This document shows, in pieces, positions 38,547 through 47,498 of a stretch of DNA of 64,000 nucleotides (positions are counted from its first letter, which is position 1; the number at the start of each line of letters is the position of its first letter). This DNA is from Firmicutes bacterium UBA4795 (lineage in GTDB: Bacteria; Bacillota; Desulfotomaculia; Desulfotomaculales; Nap2-2B): assembly GCA_002402825.1 (NCBI GenBank), contig DHGP01000004.1:19259-83258 (forward strand). Direction: 5' to 3'. Position numbers and translations under genes: made by a program. The notes beneath the pieces were generated by a model, which saw only the letters and a program-made list of their open reading frames with translations, did no database searches and had not been told where the DNA came from.

Positions 38547-38933
38547 ATGAAAATTGCTTCTCCCGAATGGTGCGCTGCAGTTTTAGAAGCGACGAAAAAG
38601 GACAATGAGGTTCATGATGGTTTTGCCGACCCCCCAAGTTTTACTTATAATGTAGAGTTTGTTATTTTACCTGACATTAAAATTTGTGCTGCTGTGGAAA
38701 AAGGGCGTATTGTTCGCGTTAACAAAACCACTAACGAAGAGATACACCTTTCATTTGTGGCGGATGCAGGTACATGGGGGTCAGTAATTTCAGGTAAAGA
38801 ATCGGCGTCTAAGATGGTTACCATGGGGAAAATAAAGGTTCAAAAAGGACCACTAGATTTAGTAATTAAAAATGTTAAGGCTTTAGAAGCATTTTGCCGT
38901 AAAATGGGTCAAATTCCGACAGAATGGAGTTAA
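38547..38933 (+). CDS. SCP2 (sterol-carrier-protein-2-like) domain protein
   Basis: 128 aa with the C-terminal SGKESASKMVTMGKIKVQKGPLDLVIK pattern typical of SCP2 domains. Confidence 0.55.
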   Translation: MKIASPEWCAAVLEATKKDNEVHDGFADPPSFTYNVEFVILPDIKICAAVEKGRIVRVNKTTNEEIHLSFVADAGTWGSVISGKESASKMVTMGKIKVQKGPLDLVIKNVKALEAFCRKMGQIPTEWS

Positions 38934-39367
38934 CGGCTGTGTATTCAGTAATGCTTGCTGACGGAGATGAGGCAAATGGTTTAGCTTATTTAATTAATAT
39001 GCTTTTAAGTCAAAACCTTTCCGCTAACCCGGAAAAGCAAAAACTTGCGGCAAAAATGAATTGTACCATTGGAATTGACAGTATTGATACGGAACAAAAA
39101 GTAACTTTAACTTTTAGTCCGGAACAATTAATTATTAAAAATGATTTTACTAAACCAAGGCATATTACTGTATCGGCCACCACAGACCATATTATGGAGG
39201 TATCCCAACTAAAAGTAATAAGAAACATATTTCCGGTTGGGTTCTTAACTAAACGTGGTTGGCAGTTAATTAAGGAAATATTAACCGGACGTTTTAAAAT
39301 TAAAGGACTAATTATTCACCCGCTTAAAGTAATTAAATTTGTGGCTTTAGTTTCTATAGCCCAATAA
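38924..39367 (+). CDS. SCP2-like domain protein
   Basis: 147 aa with the LTGRFKIKGLIIHPLKVIKF pattern. It overlaps the upstream SCP2 gene by 10 nt. Confidence 0.45.
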   Translation: MELTAVYSVMLADGDEANGLAYLINMLLSQNLSANPEKQKLAAKMNCTIGIDSIDTEQKVTLTFSPEQLIIKNDFTKPRHITVSATTDHIMEVSQLKVIRNIFPVGFLTKRGWQLIKEILTGRFKIKGLIIHPLKVIKFVALVSIAQ

Positions 39368-39380
39368 TTTTATTCTTTAT

Positions 39381-39437
39381 AAACCCTACTTTAAGAACGG
39401 TAATTTGGAGGCAAAGTGGGGTTTCTCTTTTTTTAAA
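39381..39437 (+). terminator. terminator after the SCP2 gene pair
   Basis: AAACCCTACTTT pairs with AAAGTGGGGTTT (one mismatch) and is followed by CTCTTTTTTT. Confidence 0.6.
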
Positions 39438-39445
39438 GTCTAAAA

Positions 39446-40462
<1,017 letters not shown>

Positions 40463-40595
40463 TCACTCTCCTTTATTTAAGTAAAATTAAATAAAATCTT
40501 TGTAAACAGTATATTTGAGCTTATAAAATAATGTTATAATTAAGGTATCCATTTTTTTATTGAATATTAGTTATAGAAAAGAGGAACGCAGGGCT

Positions 40596-41123
40596 ATGAA
40601 TGCTTTAATGGTTATTGACCTGCTTAAAGATTTTCTTGAACCCCAAGGTGCCTTATACTGCGGGGAGGCAGCCCGTCAAATTATTCCTTTTGTCACCGCA
40701 AAAGTGACGGAATTCAGACAAAAGGAGCAGCCTGTTATTTTTATTATGGATGCGCACCAAAAGGATGACCTTGAATTTAACCGTTTTCCGGTCCACTGTC
40801 TTGCGGGTAGTCGGGGGGCGGAGCTAATTGATGAACTGGTTGACCAGGCCGAAGAATATGCCCTGGCTAAAAAAATTTTTAAACAACGCTACAGTAGCTT
40901 TTACGGCACTCCCCTGGCGGAAATTTTAAAAGAACTTGCTCCTGAAGAAGTGCAGGTGGTGGGTGTTTGCACAAACATTTGTGTTCTTTATACCGTAGAA
41001 GAATTGTGCAACCGTGATTATAAAGTTGTCGTTTACCGTCAGGGAGTGGCTAGTTTTGACCTCCAAGCGCATAATTGGGCTCTTGCCCAAATGGAATCTG
41101 TTTTAGGGGCAAAAGTTTTGTAA
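40596..41123 (+). CDS. isochorismatase-family hydrolase (nicotinamidase/PncA-like)
   Basis: ALMVIDLLKDF and the catalytic Cys context VVGVCTNICV. I prefer the internal ATG at 40596 over the track TTG. Confidence 0.8.
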   Translation: MNALMVIDLLKDFLEPQGALYCGEAARQIIPFVTAKVTEFRQKEQPVIFIMDAHQKDDLEFNRFPVHCLAGSRGAELIDELVDQAEEYALAKKIFKQRYSSFYGTPLAEILKELAPEEVQVVGVCTNICVLYTVEELCNRDYKVVVYRQGVASFDLQAHNWALAQMESVLGAKVL

Positions 41124-41124
41124 C

Positions 41125-41991
41125 ATGTACTGTGTGGATTATCATATTCACCCAGGTTATTCGGTGGACGCGGAAGATGTTAGTCTTTTTGCTTACTGTT
41201 ACCAGGCGCTACAATTGGGTTTAAAAGAGATTTGCTTCACCCCCCATCTTGAAGTAGATCCCGCCAGGCGGCATCTAGATTGGTTTGTAAGGGTTAACGG
41301 CTGTCGTTACCCTATGGAACATAATTACTGGTTAGATAAATATTTTCTTGAACTGGATCAGGTTAAGCAACAGTTTAAAACTGCCCAATTAAAGATTAAA
41401 GCAGGTATAGAAGTAGGCTTTGAAAAGGGACACGAAAAGGAAATTGAAAAAATACTGGCTAATTATCCCTTTGATTTTGTTTTGGGTGCGGTTCACTGTC
41501 TGGAGCACAAAGCCATATCTTCAGCAAGTGAATGTGAGGAATATTTTGCTTCGCGTAGCTTAACCCACGTAATTAAAGAGTATTTTACCACACTTGAATT
41601 AGCTGTCAAGACCGGCCTTTTTGATAGTATGGCCCACTTTGATCTTTACCGGCGTTTCGGCGTAAAATTTTTTGGTCCCCAAATCTTAGAGGCCCACCAT
41701 GGCTTAATAGAGCCTGTCTTTGCGGAAATGGCAAAAAGAAGAACAGGATTGGAACTTAACACCTCTGGTATTCGCCGGGGCCTGACGGAATTTCACCCTG
41801 GCAAGGACATCCTCTTGTTAGCCAGGGAAAACGGAATAAATATTTTTACCATTGGCTCTGACGCTCACCAGTTAAAAGATTTAGGGGACCATGTGCTTCA
41901 GGCGGTAGCTCTTTTAGATCAATTAAAACTACCGGTGCATATTTTTACCGCACGCCATCCGTTTGAGATTTATGAAGAAATTTGTTTCTGA
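41125..41991 (+). CDS. PHP-domain histidinol-phosphatase family protein (HisJ-like)
   Basis: DYHIHPGYS at the N-terminus, GAVH, and GSDAH near the C-terminus. Confidence 0.75.
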   Translation: MYCVDYHIHPGYSVDAEDVSLFAYCYQALQLGLKEICFTPHLEVDPARRHLDWFVRVNGCRYPMEHNYWLDKYFLELDQVKQQFKTAQLKIKAGIEVGFEKGHEKEIEKILANYPFDFVLGAVHCLEHKAISSASECEEYFASRSLTHVIKEYFTTLELAVKTGLFDSMAHFDLYRRFGVKFFGPQILEAHHGLIEPVFAEMAKRRTGLELNTSGIRRGLTEFHPGKDILLLARENGINIFTIGSDAHQLKDLGDHVLQAVALLDQLKLPVHIFTARHPFEIYEEICF

Positions 41992-42081
41992 TTACTTAAA
42001 AATTTACCCTAAACAGTTTTTTCGTGCCTGGACAAACCTCCCTATATAACCTTAAAATATTTTTGCAGGGGAGGGCAGCCT

Positions 42082-42879
42082 ATGACCATAAAGGTTGGAA
42101 AAACGGTTAAAAGATACGGTAAAGGAAACATTACGGCAGCTTTTGGTGCTGATTTATTTGTCCGGGGAGTTACCAGCATCCCAAATTTACTACTACGTTA
42201 TTACCCCATTATTGGTCTTAGTGATACAGAAATGATGCTTTTAATTCAATTATTCCGTTTACGGACCGAAGAAGAATATTACCCTTCTCCAGAGATATTA
42301 GCCGAATGTCTAACCCGGGATTACCGTCAAATAGAGCGTGATTTAGCCAGCCTTTTAGAAAAAGAAATGCTTTCTACCGCCCAATATTATGACGAAGAGC
42401 GAAAGGAAGTTTTTCTCGGGTATGATTTTGAACCTTTATTTGAAAAAATATCAGAAATATGGGCCTGTATAAAAGTAAAAGAACTGGAAAAAATTCGTCA
42501 AATTTCAGATGGTCCTGGCTTAACAGACGAAAGCAAGTTAGCTGTTTTGGTTAAAACCTTTGAAAATGAATTTGGCCGCCCTTTATCGCCTATTGAAATA
42601 GAACAAATTGAAAAATGGGCCTTGGAAGCAGACCAGGGAATAATTTTGGAGGCTTTGCGACGGGCCGTCTTAATGGGAAAGCTTAATTTTAAATATATTG
42701 ACCGCATTCTTTTGCGCTGGCAAAAAAATAATTTACGGAACCTAGAAGCTATTACGGCATATGACCAGCAATTTTTAACCCAAAAGGACAAAAAAAACAC
42801 CACCCCTTCCCGCAATGAAGGCAAAAAGAACACAAACACAAAGAAAAAGGAGCTAATCAAGAACCTTTATTTAAGTTAA
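42082..42879 (+). CDS. DnaD-domain replication initiation/helicase-loading protein (Firmicute DnaB/DnaD-like)
   Basis: The DnaD C-terminal domain pattern is FENEFGRPLSPIEIEQIEKWA.........EALRRAVLMGK.NFKYIDRILLRWQKN. It is followed by a dnaI-like gene. Confidence 0.75.
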   Translation: MTIKVGKTVKRYGKGNITAAFGADLFVRGVTSIPNLLLRYYPIIGLSDTEMMLLIQLFRLRTEEEYYPSPEILAECLTRDYRQIERDLASLLEKEMLSTAQYYDEERKEVFLGYDFEPLFEKISEIWACIKVKELEKIRQISDGPGLTDESKLAVLVKTFENEFGRPLSPIEIEQIEKWALEADQGIILEALRRAVLMGKLNFKYIDRILLRWQKNNLRNLEAITAYDQQFLTQKDKKNTTPSRNEGKKNTNTKKKELIKNLYLS

Positions 42880-42908
42880 ATAAAAAAGTAAAAAACTTAA
42901 CCATCAGT

Positions 42909-42938
42909 AGTGGGGGCGTTATATTTAACGCCCCCACT
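42909..42938 (+). terminator. GC-rich hairpin after the dnaD-like gene (possible terminator or REP-like element)
   Basis: AGTGGGGGCGTTA-tatt-TAACGCCCCCACT forms a 13-bp perfect stem. The downstream T tract is weak. It is related to the palindrome at 53783. Confidence 0.5.
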
Positions 42939-43018
42939 TGAAAAATATTTTCTTAAAAAGGCTGATAAACGGAGTTATTTAAAGAATGGCTCCAAAAAAT
43001 TGAGGTAGGAGTAATCAA

Positions 43019-43750
43019 ATGGCTTTCTGCAATTTGTGTCATGACCGGGGGGTAATTGTCCAAAATGAACTGGCGGTTATATGCAGTTGCCGGCAGCAAA
43101 GAACGTTAGTTAACCGGCTTAAAGAATCGGGATTACCCTTACGAATGCAAGCCTGTACATTTGATGATTTTAATTTTAAGTATTACTCTCGTAAAAATAT
43201 TGACCCGGCAAAAGGAACAACCTTTTACGAATTGGCTAAAATTACTTTTAAGGCGGCAAAAGATTTTGTGGCCCGTTTTAAACAAAACAACTACCTTGAC
43301 GGTTTATTTCTTACCGGTCCGGTAGGGGGTGGAAAAACTTTTTTAGCCTGTTGTATAGCCAATTCCCTCATAAAAGAAGGATACCAGGTTTTATTTATTG
43401 TGGTCCCTGATTTATTAGACCAATTGCGCGCTACTTACGAACCAGGACGTTTACCCGGTGATGATACGGAAGCCGATATTTTAGCCAAAGCCCAGAAAAC
43501 CCCGTTATTAATTTTAGATGACCTTGGAGCCCACAATTACACTGAGTGGACGCGTAATAAGCTTTATTCTATTTTTAATTATCGGCTTAATAATTGTTTA
43601 CCATTAATCATCACCAGCAATATAAAATTAGAAGATTTAGAGGATTATTTAGGCGAACGTACTACCTCACGGCTTTATCAAATGTGCCGGCCTTATAGGT
43701 TACTGATCGATGTAGACATTAGAATGGTTCAGCGGGGAGAAAAAATTTAA
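43019..43750 (+). CDS. dnaI: helicase loader DnaI/DnaC-like AAA+ ATPase
   Basis: It has an N-terminal Cys-rich Zn module (CNLCHDRG...CSC), Walker A GPVGGGKTF and Walker B LLILDDLG. Confidence 0.85.
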   Translation: MAFCNLCHDRGVIVQNELAVICSCRQQRTLVNRLKESGLPLRMQACTFDDFNFKYYSRKNIDPAKGTTFYELAKITFKAAKDFVARFKQNNYLDGLFLTGPVGGGKTFLACCIANSLIKEGYQVLFIVVPDLLDQLRATYEPGRLPGDDTEADILAKAQKTPLLILDDLGAHNYTEWTRNKLYSIFNYRLNNCLPLIITSNIKLEDLEDYLGERTTSRLYQMCRPYRLLIDVDIRMVQRGEKI

Positions 43751-44022
43751 GCGGACCGCTAAATATCTATTTTTTTATTAAATAAAATCAAATAGAATGG
43801 CAGGAGGGGGAGAAAGAAGCGGAAGAAGATATAAATGCCGGAAGAGTTAAATCGTTCAATAATGCAGATGAACTGGTTAAGGATTTGGATCAATGAAACT
43901 CCAAAGACCGGTCTCCTGAAATAAATTTACCAACGCCTGACGTATCTTTTGGTTAAGGCAAAAAACCATAAGGTTAATTTCTGGCATATTTCCCCCTATA
44001 TTTTTATCCAAAATTTTTCTTC

Positions 44023-44067
44023 AAATAAATATAAATATAAATATAAATATAAATATAAATATAAATA
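44023..44067. repeat. hexanucleotide microsatellite (AAATAT) of about 7 units
   Basis: A direct read shows seven tandem AAATAT units, ending 16 nt downstream of the GGDEF/HD-GYP gene stop. Confidence 0.95.
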
Positions 44068-44083
44068 CGTTTAAAGGCAGGGG

Positions 44084-45802
44084 TTAAGAAGTTCTTTTGT
44101 AGACTTCCCTGACGGCTACAAGGAAATGATTTACCAGGTGGGGGTCGTAAAAAGTGCCGGCATGCTTTTTTAATTCCAAACAGGCTTCAGAAAATTTTAA
44201 GGCGTTCCGGTAGGGGCGGTCGGTGGTCATGGCGTCAAAGCTATCGGCCAAGCGCAATATGCGGGATAAAAGCGGGATACTCTCTCCTTTTAGGCCGTCG
44301 GGGTAGCCTGTGCCGTCGTAATTTTCGTGGTGGGAACGGATAACCGGTCCTATTTCCTTTAAGGCAACCAGCATTTGGATAACTTCGTTGCCCCAAACGG
44401 TGTGGTTTTTCATTGTTTCCCATTCAGTTTTATTTAAAGGACCTTCTTTATTTAAAACGGCGGCTTTTATTTCAATTTTACCTATATCATGCAAGTAGGC
44501 CCCGTAACGTAAGACATCCTTTTCTTCTTCGGAAAGGGCTAATCTTTCCCCTAAAGCCAGGGCATAAGACATAACTCTTTCCGAGTGCCCAAAGGTGTAC
44601 CTGTCCCGGGCGTTAATAAGGGCCACCAGAGCCTGCAGCGCAGGATAAGCATCTTTTACTTTTAGGGTGCTAATTTCACTTAAGACAGATTTGTAAAGGT
44701 AAGCTTTATCCAGGCTGTACTTTATTCTAAATAAATCATTTTCGGCGGCTCTAATTAAAGGTAAAACAGCTTCTCCATCAGCTGGATAACTGGCCATCCC
44801 TACCGACATGGTAAGGGGCTTTAAACTTTTTGAATTTTCTTTTTCCGATAAGTAAGAGGTGACCAGGGTGGTCATTTTTTCCATCAAATTGTTGGCTACT
44901 GGCAAAGCCGCACTCTTATCTTTTCCCGGTAAAACCAGTATAAACTCGTCGCCTCCGTAACGGGCGGCATAAGAAGGTTTTTTAATCTCAGCCAATAAAA
45001 TCTTTCCAATAACGGCTAAAATTTCATCTCCCTTTTGGTAGCCCCAAATGGTGTTGTAATACTTAAACTGATTAATATCGAATAAAACCAGGGTTAGTTT
45101 ATCGGTTACGGGTACTGTCTTCTTAAGGGTGGTAGATAAAGGGGTATTTTTGACGGCTGGAGCGGTTTTAGTTAAGAAAGTAGCTAGTTTTTCCTGTAAA
45201 TAGCGGTGGTTGTATAAACCGGTTAACTGGTCAAAATCAGCCATTTGAACCAGTTCATCCTGGGTCTTTCTTTCCACTTCCATAAGTCCGCCCACCAGCC
45301 AAGCCAAAAGGATGGTTACACTGCTGATAATAACGTTAGTTTGAAAAACGTCAGGAGGCAAGTTGTGGAAAATTTTATAGTCCAAAAAAAATAAAAGGGC
45401 GCTGGCCAAAACAGCCCCGCCAGCACCCCAAGACTTTCCAAAAGCCGTTGCCGTAATTATTACCGGCACGATGATTAAAACCTTAGCCCCAAAAAAATCC
45501 TTACTAAAGTAAAGAAAAGCAAAGGTTAAAGGAAAAACAATGCTGATAAGTAATATTTCGTCTATTTTAGATTGGTTAAGTAAGGTAATTTTAGAAATAA
45601 GCTTGCGGAAAGCATAAAAAGCGACAATTAAACAAAATACAAAAACAACAATATTACCATTAAAAAGATTTGATACATTTATTCCTATTTTTAAACCATA
45701 GAAGCTAAAAATTATCATTAAAAAAATTAAAAGACAAATGACCTGGGTAACTAATACATATTCCTTTATTTCGCTGGCTCTTTTTTCTTTCCAGCCGCGC
45801 AT
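44084..45802 (-). CDS. membrane sensor protein with GGDEF (diguanylate cyclase) and HD-GYP (c-di-GMP phosphodiesterase) domains
   Basis: About 6 N-terminal TM helices. The GGDEF domain shows DQLTGLYNHRYL and an intact RYGGDEF. The HD-GYP domain shows HSERV, LHDIGK and HHENYDGTGYPDGL. The RBS is GGGAGA. Confidence 0.9.
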   Translation of the reverse strand: MRGWKEKRASEIKEYVLVTQVICLLIFLMIIFSFYGLKIGINVSNLFNGNIVVFVFCLIVAFYAFRKLISKITLLNQSKIDEILLISIVFPLTFAFLYFSKDFFGAKVLIIVPVIITATAFGKSWGAGGAVLASALLFFLDYKIFHNLPPDVFQTNVIISSVTILLAWLVGGLMEVERKTQDELVQMADFDQLTGLYNHRYLQEKLATFLTKTAPAVKNTPLSTTLKKTVPVTDKLTLVLFDINQFKYYNTIWGYQKGDEILAVIGKILLAEIKKPSYAARYGGDEFILVLPGKDKSAALPVANNLMEKMTTLVTSYLSEKENSKSLKPLTMSVGMASYPADGEAVLPLIRAAENDLFRIKYSLDKAYLYKSVLSEISTLKVKDAYPALQALVALINARDRYTFGHSERVMSYALALGERLALSEEEKDVLRYGAYLHDIGKIEIKAAVLNKEGPLNKTEWETMKNHTVWGNEVIQMLVALKEIGPVIRSHHENYDGTGYPDGLKGESIPLLSRILRLADSFDAMTTDRPYRNALKFSEACLELKKHAGTFYDPHLVNHFLVAVREVYKRTS

Positions 45803-45846
45803 TTTTTAATTCTCCCGTTAATTAAACTTAAATTACACTTAAAGGC

Positions 45847-45978
45847 TTATTTCCTTAAAGCTTTTGGTACCTCAGGCTGATATAATATTAAACTACAAGC
45901 CGGCTTTATACTTCCACAGGCAATAACCACTAGACTGCTAAAAAGAACGGGTAAAAGTTTATAGTAAAGGCGCTTCAT
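45847..45978 (-). CDS. agrD: AgrD-type autoinducing peptide precursor (43 aa), not in the ORF track
   Basis: The ATG lies 8 nt after AAAGGAGGG. Translation: MKRLYYKLLPVLFSSLVVIACGSIKPACSLILYQPEVPKALRK. The C28-x4 then xxPEVPKAL arrangement has the same Cys-to-EVP spacing as staphylococcal AgrD. It overlaps the agrB 3' end by 20 nt. Confidence 0.8.
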   Translation of the reverse strand: MKRLYYKLLPVLFSSLVVIACGSIKPACSLILYQPEVPKALRK

Positions 45979-46612
45979 TTCTTTTTCCCTCCTTTCTTAA
46001 TTTAAAATTATCCGTAAAAGTGGCAAACCAATGCCCGGCTTTGGTTAAAGTAAAGGCTTGCCACCACAGACCTAAACTTAAGGCTAAAACAATAGCTAAG
46101 GCTTGTCCTTTTATTAAAAGAAAAGCCTGCCCCATGGCAAGTAAAAAAACAGCGCTAATAGAAAAAAAACGCAGTTTTTTGCGCTGTTCCAGGGAAGTGA
46201 TTGGTTTAGCCGGAGAATCTACCGGGGCTAAGCGCCAGATAATAATTAAAGATAATATAAGACCCGGGGCAACTATTAAAAATAAACTTAAAAGAGTAAA
46301 AAGGGGAGCGGTAATGGCGGCTATTTTTCCTAATAAAGGAACCATGACCATCCCCAGTAAGGTACAGGTTAAAGGAGAGTTGCTGTGCGCCCCCCCGGTA
46401 AAAAGACGCAGGCCGGCCGCCGTCAAACAGACCGCTAGAGTGGTCCAAAAGCAGCCTAAAAGCCAGCCCCCCAAACAAATAGTCAAAAAGCCGGTAAGGG
46501 TGTATATAATTATTTGCAGCCCGTAGAGGGCTACCTCTTCTTCAGCCGGCGTTAAATTTAATTTTTCTTTTAAATAAGCCGCGGTGCTTTTAGTAAAGTT
46601 AAGCTTTAGCAA
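45959..46612 (-). CDS. agrB: AgrB-family accessory gene regulator B (AgrD-processing membrane peptidase)
   Basis: The catalytic His/Cys pair is in FTGGAHSNSPLTC, with the Cys at His+7 as in S. aureus AgrB. The basic loop is PAKPITSLEQRKKLR. It is polytopic. The start is TTG after AAGGAAA. Confidence 0.85.
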   Translation of the reverse strand: MLKLNFTKSTAAYLKEKLNLTPAEEEVALYGLQIIIYTLTGFLTICLGGWLLGCFWTTLAVCLTAAGLRLFTGGAHSNSPLTCTLLGMVMVPLLGKIAAITAPLFTLLSLFLIVAPGLILSLIIIWRLAPVDSPAKPITSLEQRKKLRFFSISAVFLLAMGQAFLLIKGQALAIVLALSLGLWWQAFTLTKAGHWFATFTDNFKLRKEGKRNEAPLL

Positions 46613-46639
46613 ATTGACTGTTTCCTTTAGTTTAAAAAA

Positions 46640-47113
46640 TTAATTAATTATCAAGCCTTTTTTATGGTTATAATAATTTTTCCCTAAAGACAGGGCCAGT
46701 AAAATTATTTCGTAAGGCAGGGCACACGCTGCCCTTAAAAAAGGGTTGGCAAAAACTGTTTCGTAAGGTAAATTAATAACTTTTAAAAGCGGCCTAAAAT
46801 AAGTTAATTCTGCCAGGGCAACAACGGCAAAACAAATTAAAACGGCCATAAAAATTTTGCTTAACTGCGCCTTAGTAAAAAGCCGGGTATAAAGGGCCAA
46901 AGTAATAATTAAGATTACCGAATGCATTCCAAAGGCTATGGGCAGGTCACGTACTAAGTTTGTTATGGTTTGTAAAAAAGCTATAAACAAGATTTTTTTA
47001 TCCCGTAAGCGCAGGTTTAAAATACTAAACACAAATAATACCTCTACCAGGCTTTCGGGAAAATCCTGCAGTAATAAAGCGTAAATAATATTAGGAAAAG
47101 CTTCTTTAAACAT
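46640..47113 (-). CDS. hypothetical 5-TM membrane protein, first gene of the agr-like operon
   Basis: 157 aa with five hydrophobic segments and no soluble domain. It lies 27 nt upstream of agrB on the same strand. Confidence 0.6.
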   Translation of the reverse strand: MFKEAFPNIIYALLLQDFPESLVEVLFVFSILNLRLRDKKILFIAFLQTITNLVRDLPIAFGMHSVILIITLALYTRLFTKAQLSKIFMAVLICFAVVALAELTYFRPLLKVINLPYETVFANPFLRAACALPYEIILLALSLGKNYYNHKKGLIIN

Positions 47114-47302
47114 GCTTTTTACCTAGGTGGTTTTTTACCTGATTTTTGTCTTCTTTACCTGAGTTTTATATCATATCCTTATAAAGATAAAGTAAAATTT
47201 ATAACTAGCTATTAACTGTTTAAACCTGCCTATTTTATTGCTAATTCTAAATTAACCCGGTTTAAAAGTAAAGTTTTCTTTTATAGGCAACTTTTTCATG
47301 TT

Positions 47303-47331
47303 ATTTTATTATGCTCTTTTTCGACTGTCAA
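47303..47331 (-). promoter_or_regulatory. candidate sigma-A promoter of the agr-like operon
   Basis: On the minus strand, TTGACA is followed by a 17-nt spacer and TAAAAT. This implies a leader of about 190 nt containing three YAGGTAAA repeats. Confidence 0.4.
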
Positions 47332-47436
47332 CCCAATTTTTCCTCTAAAAAAAATTTTTTCTCCAAAATTTATTAAATAAATTAAGAAGAAAGAAAGACT
47401 TGCTTTTAGCTAACCATCTAACCGTCGTTATTTTAC

Positions 47437-47464
47437 TTGCAGCTTTACTGCGCTATGGTATAAT
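47437..47464 (+). promoter_or_regulatory. candidate sigma-A promoter (extended -10) of the rpn-like gene
   Basis: TTGCAG, a 16-nt spacer, then TGgTATAAT, about 35 nt upstream of the TTG start. Confidence 0.5.
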
Positions 47465-47498
47465 TTAATTAACCTAAAAACGAAAGGACAAACGACTT

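Noticed and set aside
43790-43905. A short frame ending ...EEDINAGRVKSFNNADELVKDLDQ*, reminiscent of the C-terminus of a RelB/ParD-type antitoxin, followed by an ATG overlapping the stop
   Set aside because: No start codon is in frame (the open stretch is only ~36 codons after a TAA). The downstream ATG opens an 8-codon ORF only. The stretch is too short to assign by eye. At best it is a decayed toxin-antitoxin remnant.
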